A program made the translations under genes and the position numbers. 20,000 bases of DNA, from positions 369,358 through 389,357 of the forward strand of contig BAAIJX010000020.1 in NCBI GenBank assembly GCA_054600435.1. Reading direction: 5' to 3'. Below are positions 1 to 10,830 of this stretch, piece after piece. Under the pieces are notes generated by a model. It saw only the letters and a list, made by a program, of their open reading frames with translations. It was not told where the DNA came from and ran no database searches. This DNA comes from Neophaeotheca triangularis (Eukaryota). The stretch's first letter is position 1. The number at the start of each line of letters is the position of its first letter.

Positions 1-914
1 CAAGCACTTGCCGCAATTCCACCATTCGACGCCGGATACAGTCTGGTCGCATTACGGCTTTACCGAGGAGCAATTGGCGAATGGTGATTTCAACCCTCAG
101 ATGTTCAACTCGTTCCTTGACGGCACGAAAAGCGCGCTCGAGATGTCAGCTGTTGCCAACGGTTGCGGGCTGAGTCCCCCCTCTGATGGCTTGGAATTCC
201 CTCCTTGCGGTATTCACGACTTGCCGACCGTACTGCGGCCGAAGTCCGACGGCGGACATCTGGAGAAGAAGGGCACGGTAGAGGTCGTCTCGTCATTGGA
301 GATCGACGGTCGTCAAGTACAAAACGACATCAGATTCGGCGTTTTCGTAGTGATCGAAGGTTAGTTTGCACGCTGTTGGGGACCTCCCCCTTTAGTTCAT
401 CAACTAACCGCTCCTAGCACCTGGCGACTACCAGCGCGAATGCTTTGCCCAGTATGGCATGAAGACAGACAGCACAGGACGTTACGCAGCTCAATCGAAA
501 CCCTACCACCTGATCGGACTCGAGCTCGGATTTTCAGTTGCCAGCATCATGTGCCGAGGCGAGCCTACCGGCCAAACGAAGACTTGGGCTGCCGACACGG
601 TAGCAACGGCGAAACGAAATCTCAAAGCCGGGGAAAAGTTGGATGGCGAAGGCGGCTTCATGGTCTATGGCCGCATCATGCCCGCGGAAGCTTCGCTCGC
701 CATTGAGGGTTTGCCGATTGGCCTCGCACATGGCTTAGTGCTCAAAGAAGACGTCAAGCAAGGTCAAGGGCTTAGCTGGCAACATGTCGAATGGAGCGAG
801 AAGAGCCAGGCAGTTGCCGTAAGGAGAGAAATGGAAGCCGTGTTCCGGAAGGAGATGAAGGGAAGTCAAGTCAACGGCCATACAAACGGCGTCAACGGCG
901 TCAATGGCCACTAA
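1..914 (+). CDS. NAD(P)-dependent oxidoreductase with C-terminal SAF domain (homoserine-dehydrogenase-like, COG4091-type), 5'-truncated by the window edge
   Basis: ORFs 8..364 and 459..914 join through intron 360..417 (GTTAGT...CTAAC...TAG), giving ...FVVIEAPGDYQRECFAQYGMKTD... Motifs STPDTVW, NPQMFNSFLDGTKSALEM, PYHLIGLELG and the SAF-type AKRNLKAGEKLDGEGGFMVYG...LPIGLA. Confidence 0.85.
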
Positions 915-960
915 GACCACACTCATCCTGTAACGTAGAGTAGGTAAGAGCATTCCCATA

Positions 961-1300
961 TCATTCAAATATCGCCACTGCCCTGATTGGACTCCTACTC
1001 CTACTCCTACCCCTAAACTTTAACGGAAACCTAGCAAACCTAAACCGCCCCTTGCCCACAACCTAATCAATACCATTCAAGCCTTCCATATACGTGATAC
1101 CGCGCTTACTACAAGCATTGTGAGCGAGGAAGTTCAACTCCTCTTCGGGAGCTGGGGAGACGGCTTCTATGCCGAACATCTTGCAACCTTTATCGGCGAG
1201 CTAGTACACGCTTTCAGGTAGAGCTTACGGGAGAGGTCGGTGATTTGAGGCTTGCGATGGGACTGCGTAGCGAGCTTTCGGGCGTGGAGGCTGCCACAGC
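961..1300 (-). pseudogene. Putative cyclase / kynurenine formamidase-like family pseudogene (internal deletion, frameshift, RIP-type stops)
   Basis: Minus strand 1218->961 reads PESVY*LADKGCKMFGIEAVSPAPEEELNFLAHNACSKRGITYMEGLNGID*VVGKGRFRFARFPLKFRGRSRSRSPIRAVAIFE*, a typical cyclase C-terminus. Another frame at 1247->1218 reads QITDLSRKLY, a typical cyclase N-terminus. TAG stops at 1201-1203 and 1063-1065. Not in the ORF track. The 5' end is approximate. Confidence 0.8.
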
Positions 1301-1537
1301 GATTATATGTATTTAGTCTACCTAAAATGTTATAAATTGCCTCCTTCTATAAATTGAACTACCCCCTTGGTCAAAATTTTGCGCTGAAATTCTCACCTTA
1401 ATTAGACTAAAACGCCTCGCTGTAGTCGTAGTATTGTTAATAGGCTATAAGGTTTGTAAAATGTTAAAGATGAATTTCAAAGTAATCGAGGTAGTCGACT
1501 TGTAGTCTTGTACTCATATCTACATTGTACGATATGA

Positions 1538-3600
1538 TTAACTCTCCGATAGAGGTACTTCCTCATACTTCGGCTTAGTAGCACGTCTATCCCTGAGTTC
1601 CCAAAACTTTTGAACAATAATCTTCCCAATCGCCCACACGCCGACTAAACTGAGTAGTGATACTAAACCGAGTAAGATCGGATGCGACGGAGACCCTAAC
1701 ATAGCCTTCTCGGGACGGGTTTGGGGCGCCGCATTCACAGTCGTACTATTGACCATTTCCACCTTAGCTTCCTCCGAGCGACCTAAGACTTTCTCGTCTT
1801 TGTCGAGAGCTTCTGCCCATATCGGTCCAGCCCCGTGAGGAATGATGAACACAGTTTCAAAACCGGTTCTGTTAGCTGTGCCTAGGGACCCTCCAGCCTT
1901 GGAATGGAAACTCCAGCTTCGATATTCGGTCGCGCCGTTCCAAGACACGTAAACAGCAGCACTGCCGCCTTCGCCATGGCCCAAGACTCGGATATCAGGC
2001 TTCGTGTCGGGCATGCCTACCCAATGCTGTTTGTAGGCGCGATAAGTACCGAATCGATCGCTCAGCCATCTTGCTTCCATGATAACCTCATCATCTTCGG
2101 TGTGCTCGGAGAGGTACCCGGCATCTGTCCAGGCCATGAAGACATTGCCGTTTGGTAAGATCTGCATTGAACCGCGCCTGTCGGCGTACGCTCCATCTGG
2201 CCGTTCATAAGACTTCAACTTCCTAGCCTTGAATTCCTCGCCTGCCTTGTGGTCGAGTTCGATGGTAAGACCGCGAGAACGGTCGTGAGTAGCTGGCTGA
2301 TATTCTCTACCTTCTTTGCCCGCGGCGTTGTCTAATATGCTGATCACGGACCGATCTTTCGAATGCTCAAGGTAGCGGACGTGGTGCTGCCTGGAGAATG
2401 CAAGGTTGTCTTCCATGGTGAAGTCATTCAGCCTACCAGTGCCGGCTAGTCGCCAGATAACATGGCCGTCTTTCCCGTCTACCAGGAGTAAAGCGTCGAG
2501 ATATCGAACAGATGCGAGATAGTTGCCCTCCGGGGTTTTGGACACTGAGTTGGCATGGCTGCGAAACGTCAGTTTTCTGGCTTTCCGAGTATGTGCGAGT
2601 ACTTGTGAAGCAGACTCACAATGCATCCCAAGGACGGCGCTTCGAGTAATGCGGTGGGTTGGGGGGCCCGGGGTGCTTCGAGCCATGATACGAGCTTTCG
2701 TTCAACTTTACATGGTCATGAACCTTCCAGTCAAAGATGATTTCACCGGTCTGAGTATCCAACTCCCTGAATCCATCGGTGCGGGTCCAAATGTCGCCTT
2801 TGAGGCCTAAATCTGCAGCACTGAGTTTCTGCGTGTCGTGGGTCATGACCAATGTCGTACTGCCGTCATCCTTGCTGCCGTCCGGTAGAACGAAGAATTC
2901 ATGCTGGTTGAGGAATGTCGCATCTTCCTCGATGAGTATCGAGTGCTCGATATCGTAGGATTTATTCAGAAAGAATCCCGCGCCACAGTCAGGCTTGGGA
3001 AACTCGGCACTTCTGTACAACTTAGACGTTAGCTCGTCAGATCAAACCAGGCCGTAGCTGCTACCTGGCGAGCGCTTCTTCGGGGTTGACTTGCTTCACG
3101 TTGCCCGTCAGAACTGGATGACCTTGATACTCAGCGACGCCAAAGTCGAATACTATCCGGTTGTTGGTAAGACAAGCACCCGACCAGACGAGCTCCTAAT
3201 GTGCACACGAATCAGCTCAGCCACCTAATTGGCGACAGTAGTGCTTGGCGATAGCTTGCATACCCCGTCGTTGTCGTAGATTGTTGGACCGACTTGGCAA
3301 GGAACCCATTTGGCATCGTCCAAATGATTTCCAGCGAACCGATAAGGTCCGAGGAACCAGAAGCCCGGCGCCACTTTGTCTTTCTGGTGTTTCGTGACTT
3401 GCCATCTGGGCGGCATCAAGTCTGGCCGCTGCTCTTGTTGGTCAGCATGGATTGGGAGGGGCAATGGGGGGAGGTAACCTTGTGTAGAAGGCACCTACAG
3501 TCACAAATCTGTGCAGATCATCGGCGGCATGAAGGCCAGTGTCTGCCACTACCAAAACCAGAGAGAGCGCAAGAACGAAGACCAACGAGTTTGAGTACAT
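1538..3600 (-). CDS. Arylsulfotransferase (ASST)-like protein with signal peptide and C-terminal transmembrane helix
   Basis: Five inferred exons: 3600-3499, 3428-3264, 3195-3065, 3012-2620, 2558-1538 (the third intron is least certain). Hydrophobic N-terminus MYSNSLVFVLALSLVLVVA, motifs FVTRPDL, GPTIYDNDGELVWSG, HEF, PWDAFHANSV, FSRQHHVR, GSMQILPNGNVFMAW, YRAYK, VYVSWNGATE, GFET. TM segment ILLGLVSLLSLVGVWAIG. Confidence 0.85.
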
Positions 3601-4469
3601 GGTTTTGATAGACAACAGTAGAGATGTCTCTCCAAATGGCAATTCTCAGTGGACTTCGTAAGTTTCCATGTTCTTCCTACAAAAACGACCGACGGGATCC
3701 TGACTGATGAGCGCGGGTAAGGCTGATCAACGAACGCTGATGATGACATCCATAGATGTTGACTTTCATACCGCCCGAGGGTATCGGGTACGGTACCTCC
3801 TCACCTGACCCGCAAGGCACTTCCGCGCGCAGTCCGAGCCAAAATATTGTCTCTCCGAGTTCCCAGACGTTACTTCTACAAGCGCTTTCCAAGTAACGCA
3901 TGGAAAAGCGCCCGGTTGCGACAACACCTACGATATAGACCCTTGCACTCCCTCTACCGCACCTCCGTACAGTACGACCATGTGAGAAGAGTCCTAAGGA
4001 TCAAGCTCAAGGTCGTCAGCAACGCGCGCAAGGCTCGAGCTGGACGGCACACGTCAACACTGTGCGCCGGATTCAGTTCAGTACAGGGGACTGAGGAGGC
4101 ATGCAATACGTGAAGAGCAGGGCTCGGAAGACAAGATGAGGTTCTATGGCCATCACAATGCTTTGCGATCGACGGCTGCACCAGACGGAGCGTTGGCTCA
4201 ATGCGAGTGCAGTACCAGAACCTGAAACCAAATCTGTTCGGTATTATGAGACACCCCGACAACTGGGAGCCGGCGTATACTAGAGACTACCGGCAACATG
4301 CAAGGTGTAATAGCTGAGCAGATTGGGAGGTTGTCCTTGTCAACGGCAGCCACGGCCTATATCTGACATGCTACGCAACCATGGCTTTTTCTGCCTATTG
4401 GACAACACTGACATGGCATGCATCAAGTCTTCACTTCGACCATCCACCAAATATTGTCGTCTTTACGTC

Positions 4470-4913
4470 CTAATTCGATCGAACGTGCTCCGCGGCTACT
4501 TCAATCGCTGCCTTGTACCCTACGACGCCCAGCCCACAGACGACTCCTACAGCCTTCTCGCTCAAGAAGCTATGATGCCGGAAGTCCTCCCTCGCGTACA
4601 CGTTGCTGATATGTACCTCGACAAACGGTACCCCGACACCGACCAGCGCATCCCTCAGCGCGACGCTCGTATGTGTGAGACCGCCAGCGTTGATGACGAC
4701 GAATGCAATTCCTTCGCGTGAAGCCTGGATGCAATCGATGAGTGCGCCCTCGTGGTTGGATTGGTAAACTTCGAGTTCGAGGTTGAGGGCGGTAGCGTGA
4801 GCGCGGCAAGTCGCTTCGATGCTTTGGAGGGTGTTGGAGCCGTAGACACCGGGTTCGCGTGTACCGAGGAGGTTGAGATTAGGTCCGTTGATGAGGAGAA
4901 TCTTAGGCGGCAT
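4470..4913 (-). CDS. qutE: Catabolic 3-dehydroquinate dehydratase (type II dehydroquinase)
   Basis: Intronless 147 aa from ATG 4913: [64 protein letters not shown]. Context of other qut genes. Confidence 0.95.
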   Translation of the reverse strand: MPPKILLINGPNLNLLGTREPGVYGSNTLQSIEATCRAHATALNLELEVYQSNHEGALIDCIQASREGIAFVVINAGGLTHTSVALRDALVGVGVPFVEVHISNVYAREDFRHHSFLSEKAVGVVCGLGVVGYKAAIEVAAEHVRSN

Positions 4914-5014
4914 AGTCGCTGGGGGTATGGTCTTGGTGGGGACGCAGAAGTTGGTCACAGAAAGAGGAGTGGGCTATGTGGGCATCCTGAATGCGAGCCG
5001 TGTGTGAAGGATGT

Positions 5015-5030
5015 GGAAGAACTGTCTTCC
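5015..5030. promoter_or_regulatory. Candidate QutA/QA-1F activator site upstream of qutE
   Basis: GGAAGAACTGTCTTCC: a 16-bp inverted repeat with GG-N12-CC geometry, ~100 bp upstream of the qutE ATG. The reverse strand resembles the recalled qut motif GCCAGANCGTTCTNCC. Confidence 0.4.
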
Positions 5031-5250
5031 GGATCACGGCAGCGAATGCCGCACACGGTAGAGTTGCGATGATGGCAGCTGCCGATTCGATGTGGTCATC
5101 TCGATCTGACTGCTTTGAAGTCGAACACTGCGCCTAGGTACAGTGGGAATGTGGCCGATGCCCTGAACTGATCAACCCGCGCCTGTCATACGCGAGATCA
5201 CGAAACAGCATACAAAAGCGGACATGTCCTACTTCTTCTATCCTATCACC

Positions 5251-6474
5251 TCAGACTCCAGGCCTTGTGTACTCCAGCGTCTGCACCCGCTTCCACACCT
5301 CTCGCACAACCCTCTCCTGCGCTTGCCTTGCGGTCTCCTCCGGTGTGCCCGCTGCCCCTCGGATTGCAAGATACAACCGACTTCCCACCTTCACTTTCTC
5401 TATGGGCGCGGTCTCAGGTGAGTCCGGCGGATTCGCGGTGGTGACTAGCCCCCCAGCTTCCTCGAGGAGACAGATCCCAGCAGCGACGTCCCATTCCCAA
5501 CAGCCTCCTTAATTAAAGCGATTAGCTCTCTGCCGATGGTGTGTGGATTCCTACACTTTTTCAAGACCTACCTTCCCACCAAATGTCAAACGCCCCCATC
5601 TGTCAATCCGTCAGCTCGGAGCTCGTTTCACGCACGCAACGAAGCAATAACGCACCGCACAATACGCCAAATCCAGCGTCGCCGAACCCAAGCTTCTCAT
5701 GCCATGCACCATTCCCCCCTTGCCACCTCGCCCACCAATCTCCGCTGCCATATTCGTGAAGCTATCCACTTTGCGCTGCATCGTGCCACCGGGATTGTCC
5801 TTGCGATCTTTACCCCATTCGAATGCAAACACGCAGCCTTTCGGCGCTTGTATGGGCAACGGCGCTCGCGCTAACGGTAGGGGTGCTGTTTCATTAAGCC
5901 ATGCGCCTTTGCCTTTGCAGGCAGTGAAAAGCTGATGAAGAAAAGGCGCGCTGATGACGCCAATCACTGGGTGATTCCCTACGAGCAAGGCAATGGAAAC
6001 GCAGTAAAAGGGTGCCAAGTGGAAGTAGTTCACGGTGCCTTTACCGAACACTACGTTAATGCTTTTGCACTTTACCCAGAAGGTTCGTCTCAGACGGCGG
6101 ATAGCAACTGACCGTCTAGAGGGTCGACACACCAAGTCGGGCTGTCATCGATGATATAGTCTTTGGAACCGCCTTTACTGTAGCTTTCCTCGCCTACAAA
6201 CTTGTGCCTCGGGTATGCGGCCTGGATCCTTCCCTTGACAAAGGCCTCGACGTCTGCGCAACGTCAGCTTGCCTTCCACTTCATCTATCTTCTCGACTGC
6301 CGACGCACCGTGGTCTGCCTGCGTGACAATGTCAACAGCTGAATCCTTCTCGACATGTGCCGTGTCCTCGGCTTTTCCATATCGCGCCTCCGCAGCTCTA
6401 AGCAACATCTGCCCGGCGTCTTTGCCCAGTTCAACCGCAAAGGCGTATGCGCCATCTAGTTCGCCCGGCTCCAT
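5251..6474 (-). CDS. qutG: Inositol monophosphatase-family protein of the quinate cluster (QutG/QA-X)
   Basis: Exons 6474-6309, 6253-6113, 6038-5656, 5599-5572, 5507-5251, all with GT-AG borders. Spliced product has DIVTQAD, FVGEES, WCVDPLDGTVNYFH, RSLGSATLDLAY, WEGGCWEWDVAAG and ends LEYTRPGV*. Confidence 0.92.
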
Positions 6475-6661
6475 GTCTGTGATGTTGGTGAGTTAATGGT
6501 AACAACGCCCTGCTACGGGCGAACATCATGAGAAAGTGCAGCCCATGATTTTTGCAGGACGCGGATGCCATCCATCCCACTGATGACCCATGCGGCCATG
6601 CCAGTGTCAGACTGCTGCGGCTCGACTCAAGCCAAAACAGGTGGGGCTTGGCGGGGTCTTT

Positions 6662-6677
6662 GGATGAATGTTCTCCC
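6662..6677. promoter_or_regulatory. Candidate QutA/QA-1F activator site upstream of qutG
   Basis: GGATGAATGTTCTCCC matches the recalled QA-1F consensus GGRTAARYRYTTAYCC at 13/16, ~190 bp upstream of the qutG ATG. Confidence 0.4.
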
Positions 6678-6830
6678 GGTAAGCCCCAGTCATAGCTTCC
6701 GATTCGGTTCCCCATGGCCCTCGTCTCACGGTACTCGCAAAACCTCAGGCAGTCTCAAGCCCCGAATATTGGAGATAGGGCAGGCAGCTTGTTGAAAAAA
6801 AATAGGAAGAGGTTATCATCAAATCGTTAA

Positions 6831-7772
6831 TTAATTTCTCATAGCCTGTGCTTTCTCGAGCTCTTGCCTGATCGCAGCCTTCACCTCCGCCACTGGCAGC
6901 TGGTCGAGACTTTTGTCCAACCACAAGGCATCCTGTTCGATCCCTTGATAGATCATTGCCTCCGTGCCCAATATCACTTGCCAACCCGCGCTCTCTGCCA
7001 ACGCTGCAATCCCCGTGTACGGCGACGGGTGATAACACATCTCAAGCATTGCGCCCTTGTGCGGCTTCGCGAGGAAAACTTCTAATACCCTACGGGCCTC
7101 CTTTTCCAATTCCGTAGCCGGTGCAATATCTGGGACGCAGGCAACTATAGCGCCAGGTCCTTCAAGACGCTCGGCCTGCGAGGGCGTTGAGACGCGAATC
7201 AAACCATCGCCATAGCCTACTGACCTGCACCAGGACACCACGCTCTCGACTTCTGACACATCTCGGTTGACAAGGTAGATCGTCTCGCACCCCAAAAACT
7301 TCTTCAAGGCGTAAACAGCTGAACGAGCGGCTCCTCCGCCCCCTGCTACAAGCCCGGGTCTTCCCCGATATGTCGTGGCCGGATCCACCACGTTCTGGAC
7401 GAAAGACTCGCGTACGCCAACAACATCAGTGTTGGTCCCGATCAGTTTGCCTCGACGTTTGAAAATTGTGTTGCAAGCTCCAACACCGCGTCCCTCGTCA
7501 GTGACTTCGTCGAGGTGCTGTAGTATGTCGACCTTGAAGGGCATAGTGACTGCGCTGCCGTAGCATTTTGGGTGTCGGATCAATTGTAGAAACTGGGCCT
7601 TGTCTGTTGATTCCAAAAGGTGGTATCTCCAATTCAAGTTCAAGGTCGAGTATATTGTGTTGTGTAATTGGGGACTCCAAGAGTGGGAGATCGGGTAGCC
7701 AAAGAGGTAGCCATGCGCTTCGAATTGCTCGACGGCTGGTGGCGTGCATGTAATGACATTCTGGTTTCCCAT
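6831..7772 (-). CDS. qutB: Quinate/shikimate 5-dehydrogenase (QutB/QA-3)
   Basis: Intronless 313 aa: GYLFGYPISHSWSP, GSAVTMPFK, VGACNT, GTNTDVVG, Rossmann GGGGAARSAVYAL, LEMCYHP, GTEAMIYQG. Confidence 0.93.
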   Translation of the reverse strand: MGNQNVITCTPPAVEQFEAHGYLFGYPISHSWSPQLHNTIYSTLNLNWRYHLLESTDKAQFLQLIRHPKCYGSAVTMPFKVDILQHLDEVTDEGRGVGACNTIFKRRGKLIGTNTDVVGVRESFVQNVVDPATTYRGRPGLVAGGGGAARSAVYALKKFLGCETIYLVNRDVSEVESVVSWCRSVGYGDGLIRVSTPSQAERLEGPGAIVACVPDIAPATELEKEARRVLEVFLAKPHKGAMLEMCYHPSPYTGIAALAESAGWQVILGTEAMIYQGIEQDALWLDKSLDQLPVAEVKAAIRQELEKAQAMRN

Positions 7773-8012
7773 GATCGCTTCGTGGGTCCCACTGCTTCTT
7801 GTGAGAGACTTCCGTTTGGCTCACAAATCCTGATGCGACGAGATTGCGAATGGGACTTCAAGTACTTAATAGTGCTGATAAGAATGTTGGGAAGTTGACG
7901 GTCCTGCGGGTGGTTTAGCGCGAAGGATCCGCAGTACAGGAGTTCGAGCTTTTCTTCCGGCTATCTATGTACAGCACAAGAAGTCATCGCTTTCCGCATG
8001 TCAAAAACGGGG

Positions 8013-8028
8013 GCGAAAGTGTTTTTCC
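8013..8028. promoter_or_regulatory. Candidate QutA/QA-1F activator site in the divergent qutB-qutD promoter
   Basis: GCGAAAGTGTTTTTCC matches the recalled consensus GGRTAARYRYTTAYCC at 13/16, inside the 7773-8375 divergent intergenic region. Confidence 0.35.
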
Positions 8029-8375
8029 TGGATCTGACTTTGTTCCCCACACATGGAGGTATACCATAACTCCTAGGTCTACCTCGGGTTTTCCGGCCGT
8101 CAAAATCTTTCTCCGCCACATCCCCTACAGCTGCCGGCATGTTTTTCATTCCCCACGGGGTATTGCAAATCGATGCAAACCTCTACTCACTCCTGGGGAC
8201 TCCGCAGAATCACGTTTTGTCTTGTAAATGTATGTATAACAGCACGCGGCCGCATTCCCTCGAACTTTGAACGCCTGGCACCCTCGCTCGCCTCGCTTTA
8301 TCCCTAGCCCGCAATCGTCGAGCACCTTCCCGGTATTACTACTACTCTCCCTTCTCGGAATCCTTCTTCGAAACC

Positions 8376-10315
8376 ATGCCTGGCCTTCGCATGGTAGAAG
8401 ACAGACCGACGCCCAAGTCGGTCTACAACTGGCGAGTGTACTGGTGTGCCATCATTGCCTCTTTCGCTGCATGCACCATTGGCTACGACTCGGCCTTCAT
8501 CGGTACCACGCTTGCGCTGCCCTCTTTCGAAAACGAATTTGGATTCAACGAGATGTCGGAGTCAGGACTCAACTTGATCAAGTCCAACATCGTCAGCGTG
8601 TACCAAGCTGGTGCTTTCTTCGGCGCAGGCTTTGCCGTCAGTCTTCCTTTCTCGTTGATGTCGTCAAGGAGTCCTTGAAGCTGATGCCGTTCACAGTACA
8701 TCTCCGCACACTACATCGGTCGACAACGTAGTCTCATGTTCTGGGCAATCGTCTTTGTCCTGGGCGCCGGCCTAACGTTGGGTCCCACTGGGGAGCGGGG
8801 ACTGGGACTGATGTACGCTGGACGTGTCATCACCGGGCTCGGTGTGGGTGCCACGAGCATGGTGACACCAATCTACATCTCTGAGATCTCCCCGCCTTCG
8901 ATTCGCGGACGACTCGTAGGATTGTATGAGCTGGGTTGGCAATTGGGCGGACTTTGTGGATTCTGGATCAATTATGGGCTGGAGCGCAACATGGCACCTA
9001 CTCGGACACAATGGCAGATCCCTTGTAAGCTTCGTTAGTCCCCTGCCGCAATAAACGTCTTGCTGACCTCTCCTTTATAGTCGCCATACAGCTGATTCCC
9101 AGCGGTCTGTTGCTGTTTGGTGCCTTCCTCGTCAGAGAGAGTCCCCGTTGGCTGTTGTCCAAAGACAAGCGCTCGCAAGCCATCAAGAATCTCTGCTGGA
9201 TTCGTCAACTGCCCGAAGACCACACGTATATCCTCGAAGAGGTCGCCGTCACGGACCAAGCGCTTGAGGAGCAACGCTCTACCATCGGCGAGGGGTTCTG
9301 GGCGCCGTTCAAAGCCACCGCCCGGGACCGCAAGATCCAATGGCGTCTTATTTTGGGTGGCTTCTTCTTCCTCTTCCAGAATGGCTCAGGTAAGCCAAAC
9401 ATAAGCATCCCGCCCAACAGTAGTAGATCATTCCAAGCTGACCCTCAAAGGAATCAACGCAATCAACTACTATTCGCCAACAGTATTTGCTTCCATTGGA
9501 ATTACTGGAACGAGCACTGCATTCCTCACGACTGGCATCTTTGGCGTTGTCAAGACGGTTGGCTCCTTCATCTGGCTCTATGTCATGATTGACCACCTCG
9601 GACGTCGCAATCTTTTGCTCATCGGCGCGGCAGGAGGCAGTGTGTGCATGTGGATCATTGGCGGCTACTTGGCCGGGACCGACCCTACTGCCGGCAACGC
9701 GGACGGATCGCTTTCAAGCGGTGGCATCGCTGCTGTGTTTTTCTTCTACCTTTGGACGGCCTTTTACACCGCCTCGTGGAATGGGTAAGTGCTCAGTCTT
9801 CGACAATGCCCCTAGGAACGTCAGCTAACGACTGCACAGTACTCCGTGGGTCCTGAACGGTGAAATTCATTCGCCCGCCACAAGAGGATTGGGCCAGGCT
9901 TCGGCGTCCATGAACAACTGGTAAGTCTACCAATTGTCAATCTACACCGACAGACAAGATTATCAAAGTACTCAGACTAACAAACGTCCCCTTTCACAGG
10001 TTCTGGAACTTCATCATCAGCCGCTTCACGCCGCAAATGTTCTCGAACATGGGTAAAAGCGGTTTCGGCGTCTTCATGTTCTTCGCCTCAATGATGGTCG
10101 TCTCTATCGTCTTCGTGTGGTACTTGGTTCCCGAGACCAAAGGCGTGCCGCTAGAGCAAATGGACCGCCTGTTCGAGGTCAAGCCGGCGAGAAAGGCCAA
10201 TGATATTGTCTTGGCCGAATACCGCGAGAAGGAACAGAACTACCGTTACGAGGGAGAGGAGGACGGTGACGGTGTTCTCAAAAAACAGACAGAGTCTACG
10301 GTTGAGAATGTGTGA
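8376..10315 (+). CDS. qutD: Quinate permease (MFS sugar-porter family, QutD/QA-Y)
   Basis: Exons 8376-8636, 8697-9024, 9081-9389, 9451-9784, 9840-9920, 10000-10315. N-terminus EDRPTPKSVYNWRVY...IGYDSAFIGTTLAL is characteristic of quinate permeases. Also YISEISPPSIRGRLVG, ESPRWL, QNGSGINAINYYSP, PETKGVPLE. Confidence 0.93.
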
Positions 10316-10830
10316 AGCTTCACTAGAATGTGAAACTTGATGTTAGGACGTCGGAATACGTGTATGTATCATGTAGGCAATCGCCTCTTAAGAGTACTCA
10401 TTAGCGGGTCATTCGAAGGAAAGTCCTAGTTCCGTTATCGTAGAAGCTTGTCTTCTAGTAAAAGATAGTACTATCTTTCGCTTCGAGTCGTCCTCTACGC
10501 TAACTAGGACGTGGCGACAATCGTATTTAATGGAATACGTCTTCTATTAGATATACCGGCATTACTTATTTTGCTCGTACTTAGGGTACTACGTGCCTAT
10601 AATCCTTACAAATGATTATACCCTACTCGCTCGAATACTAGAATATACTACTTACTATCTCGCCTAGCTGCCTATATATCTCGGTCGCTCTATCGGTATA
10701 CGCCCTCTTAGGATCTATGTTGTTATAATACTAGCTCTATGTTACGAACACTACGCTACGCCTAGCGTATAATGAGGAATGCTTAGTGGAACTTACGGTT
10801 ATAGGATAGAGCACATTTAGGTCACATGAC

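Noticed and set aside
991..1010. (ACTCCT)3 microsatellite as an independent feature
   Set aside because: It is the mutated G-S-G-S coding stretch of the cyclase pseudogene.
3640..4460. Short ORFs between the arylsulfotransferase-like gene and qutE as a qutC or regulator remnant
   Set aside because: No recognisable motifs or consistent splice structure; treated as intergenic.
105..9856. Many overlapping antisense or alternate-frame ORFs in the track
   Set aside because: Shadows of the real GC-balanced coding exons, with no family motifs.
10461..10478. Perfect 18-bp palindrome AAAGATAGTACTATCTTT as a terminator
   Set aside because: Real in the sequence, but hairpin terminators are not expected for fungal Pol II genes and TA-rich RIP DNA favours such dyads; no function can be supported.
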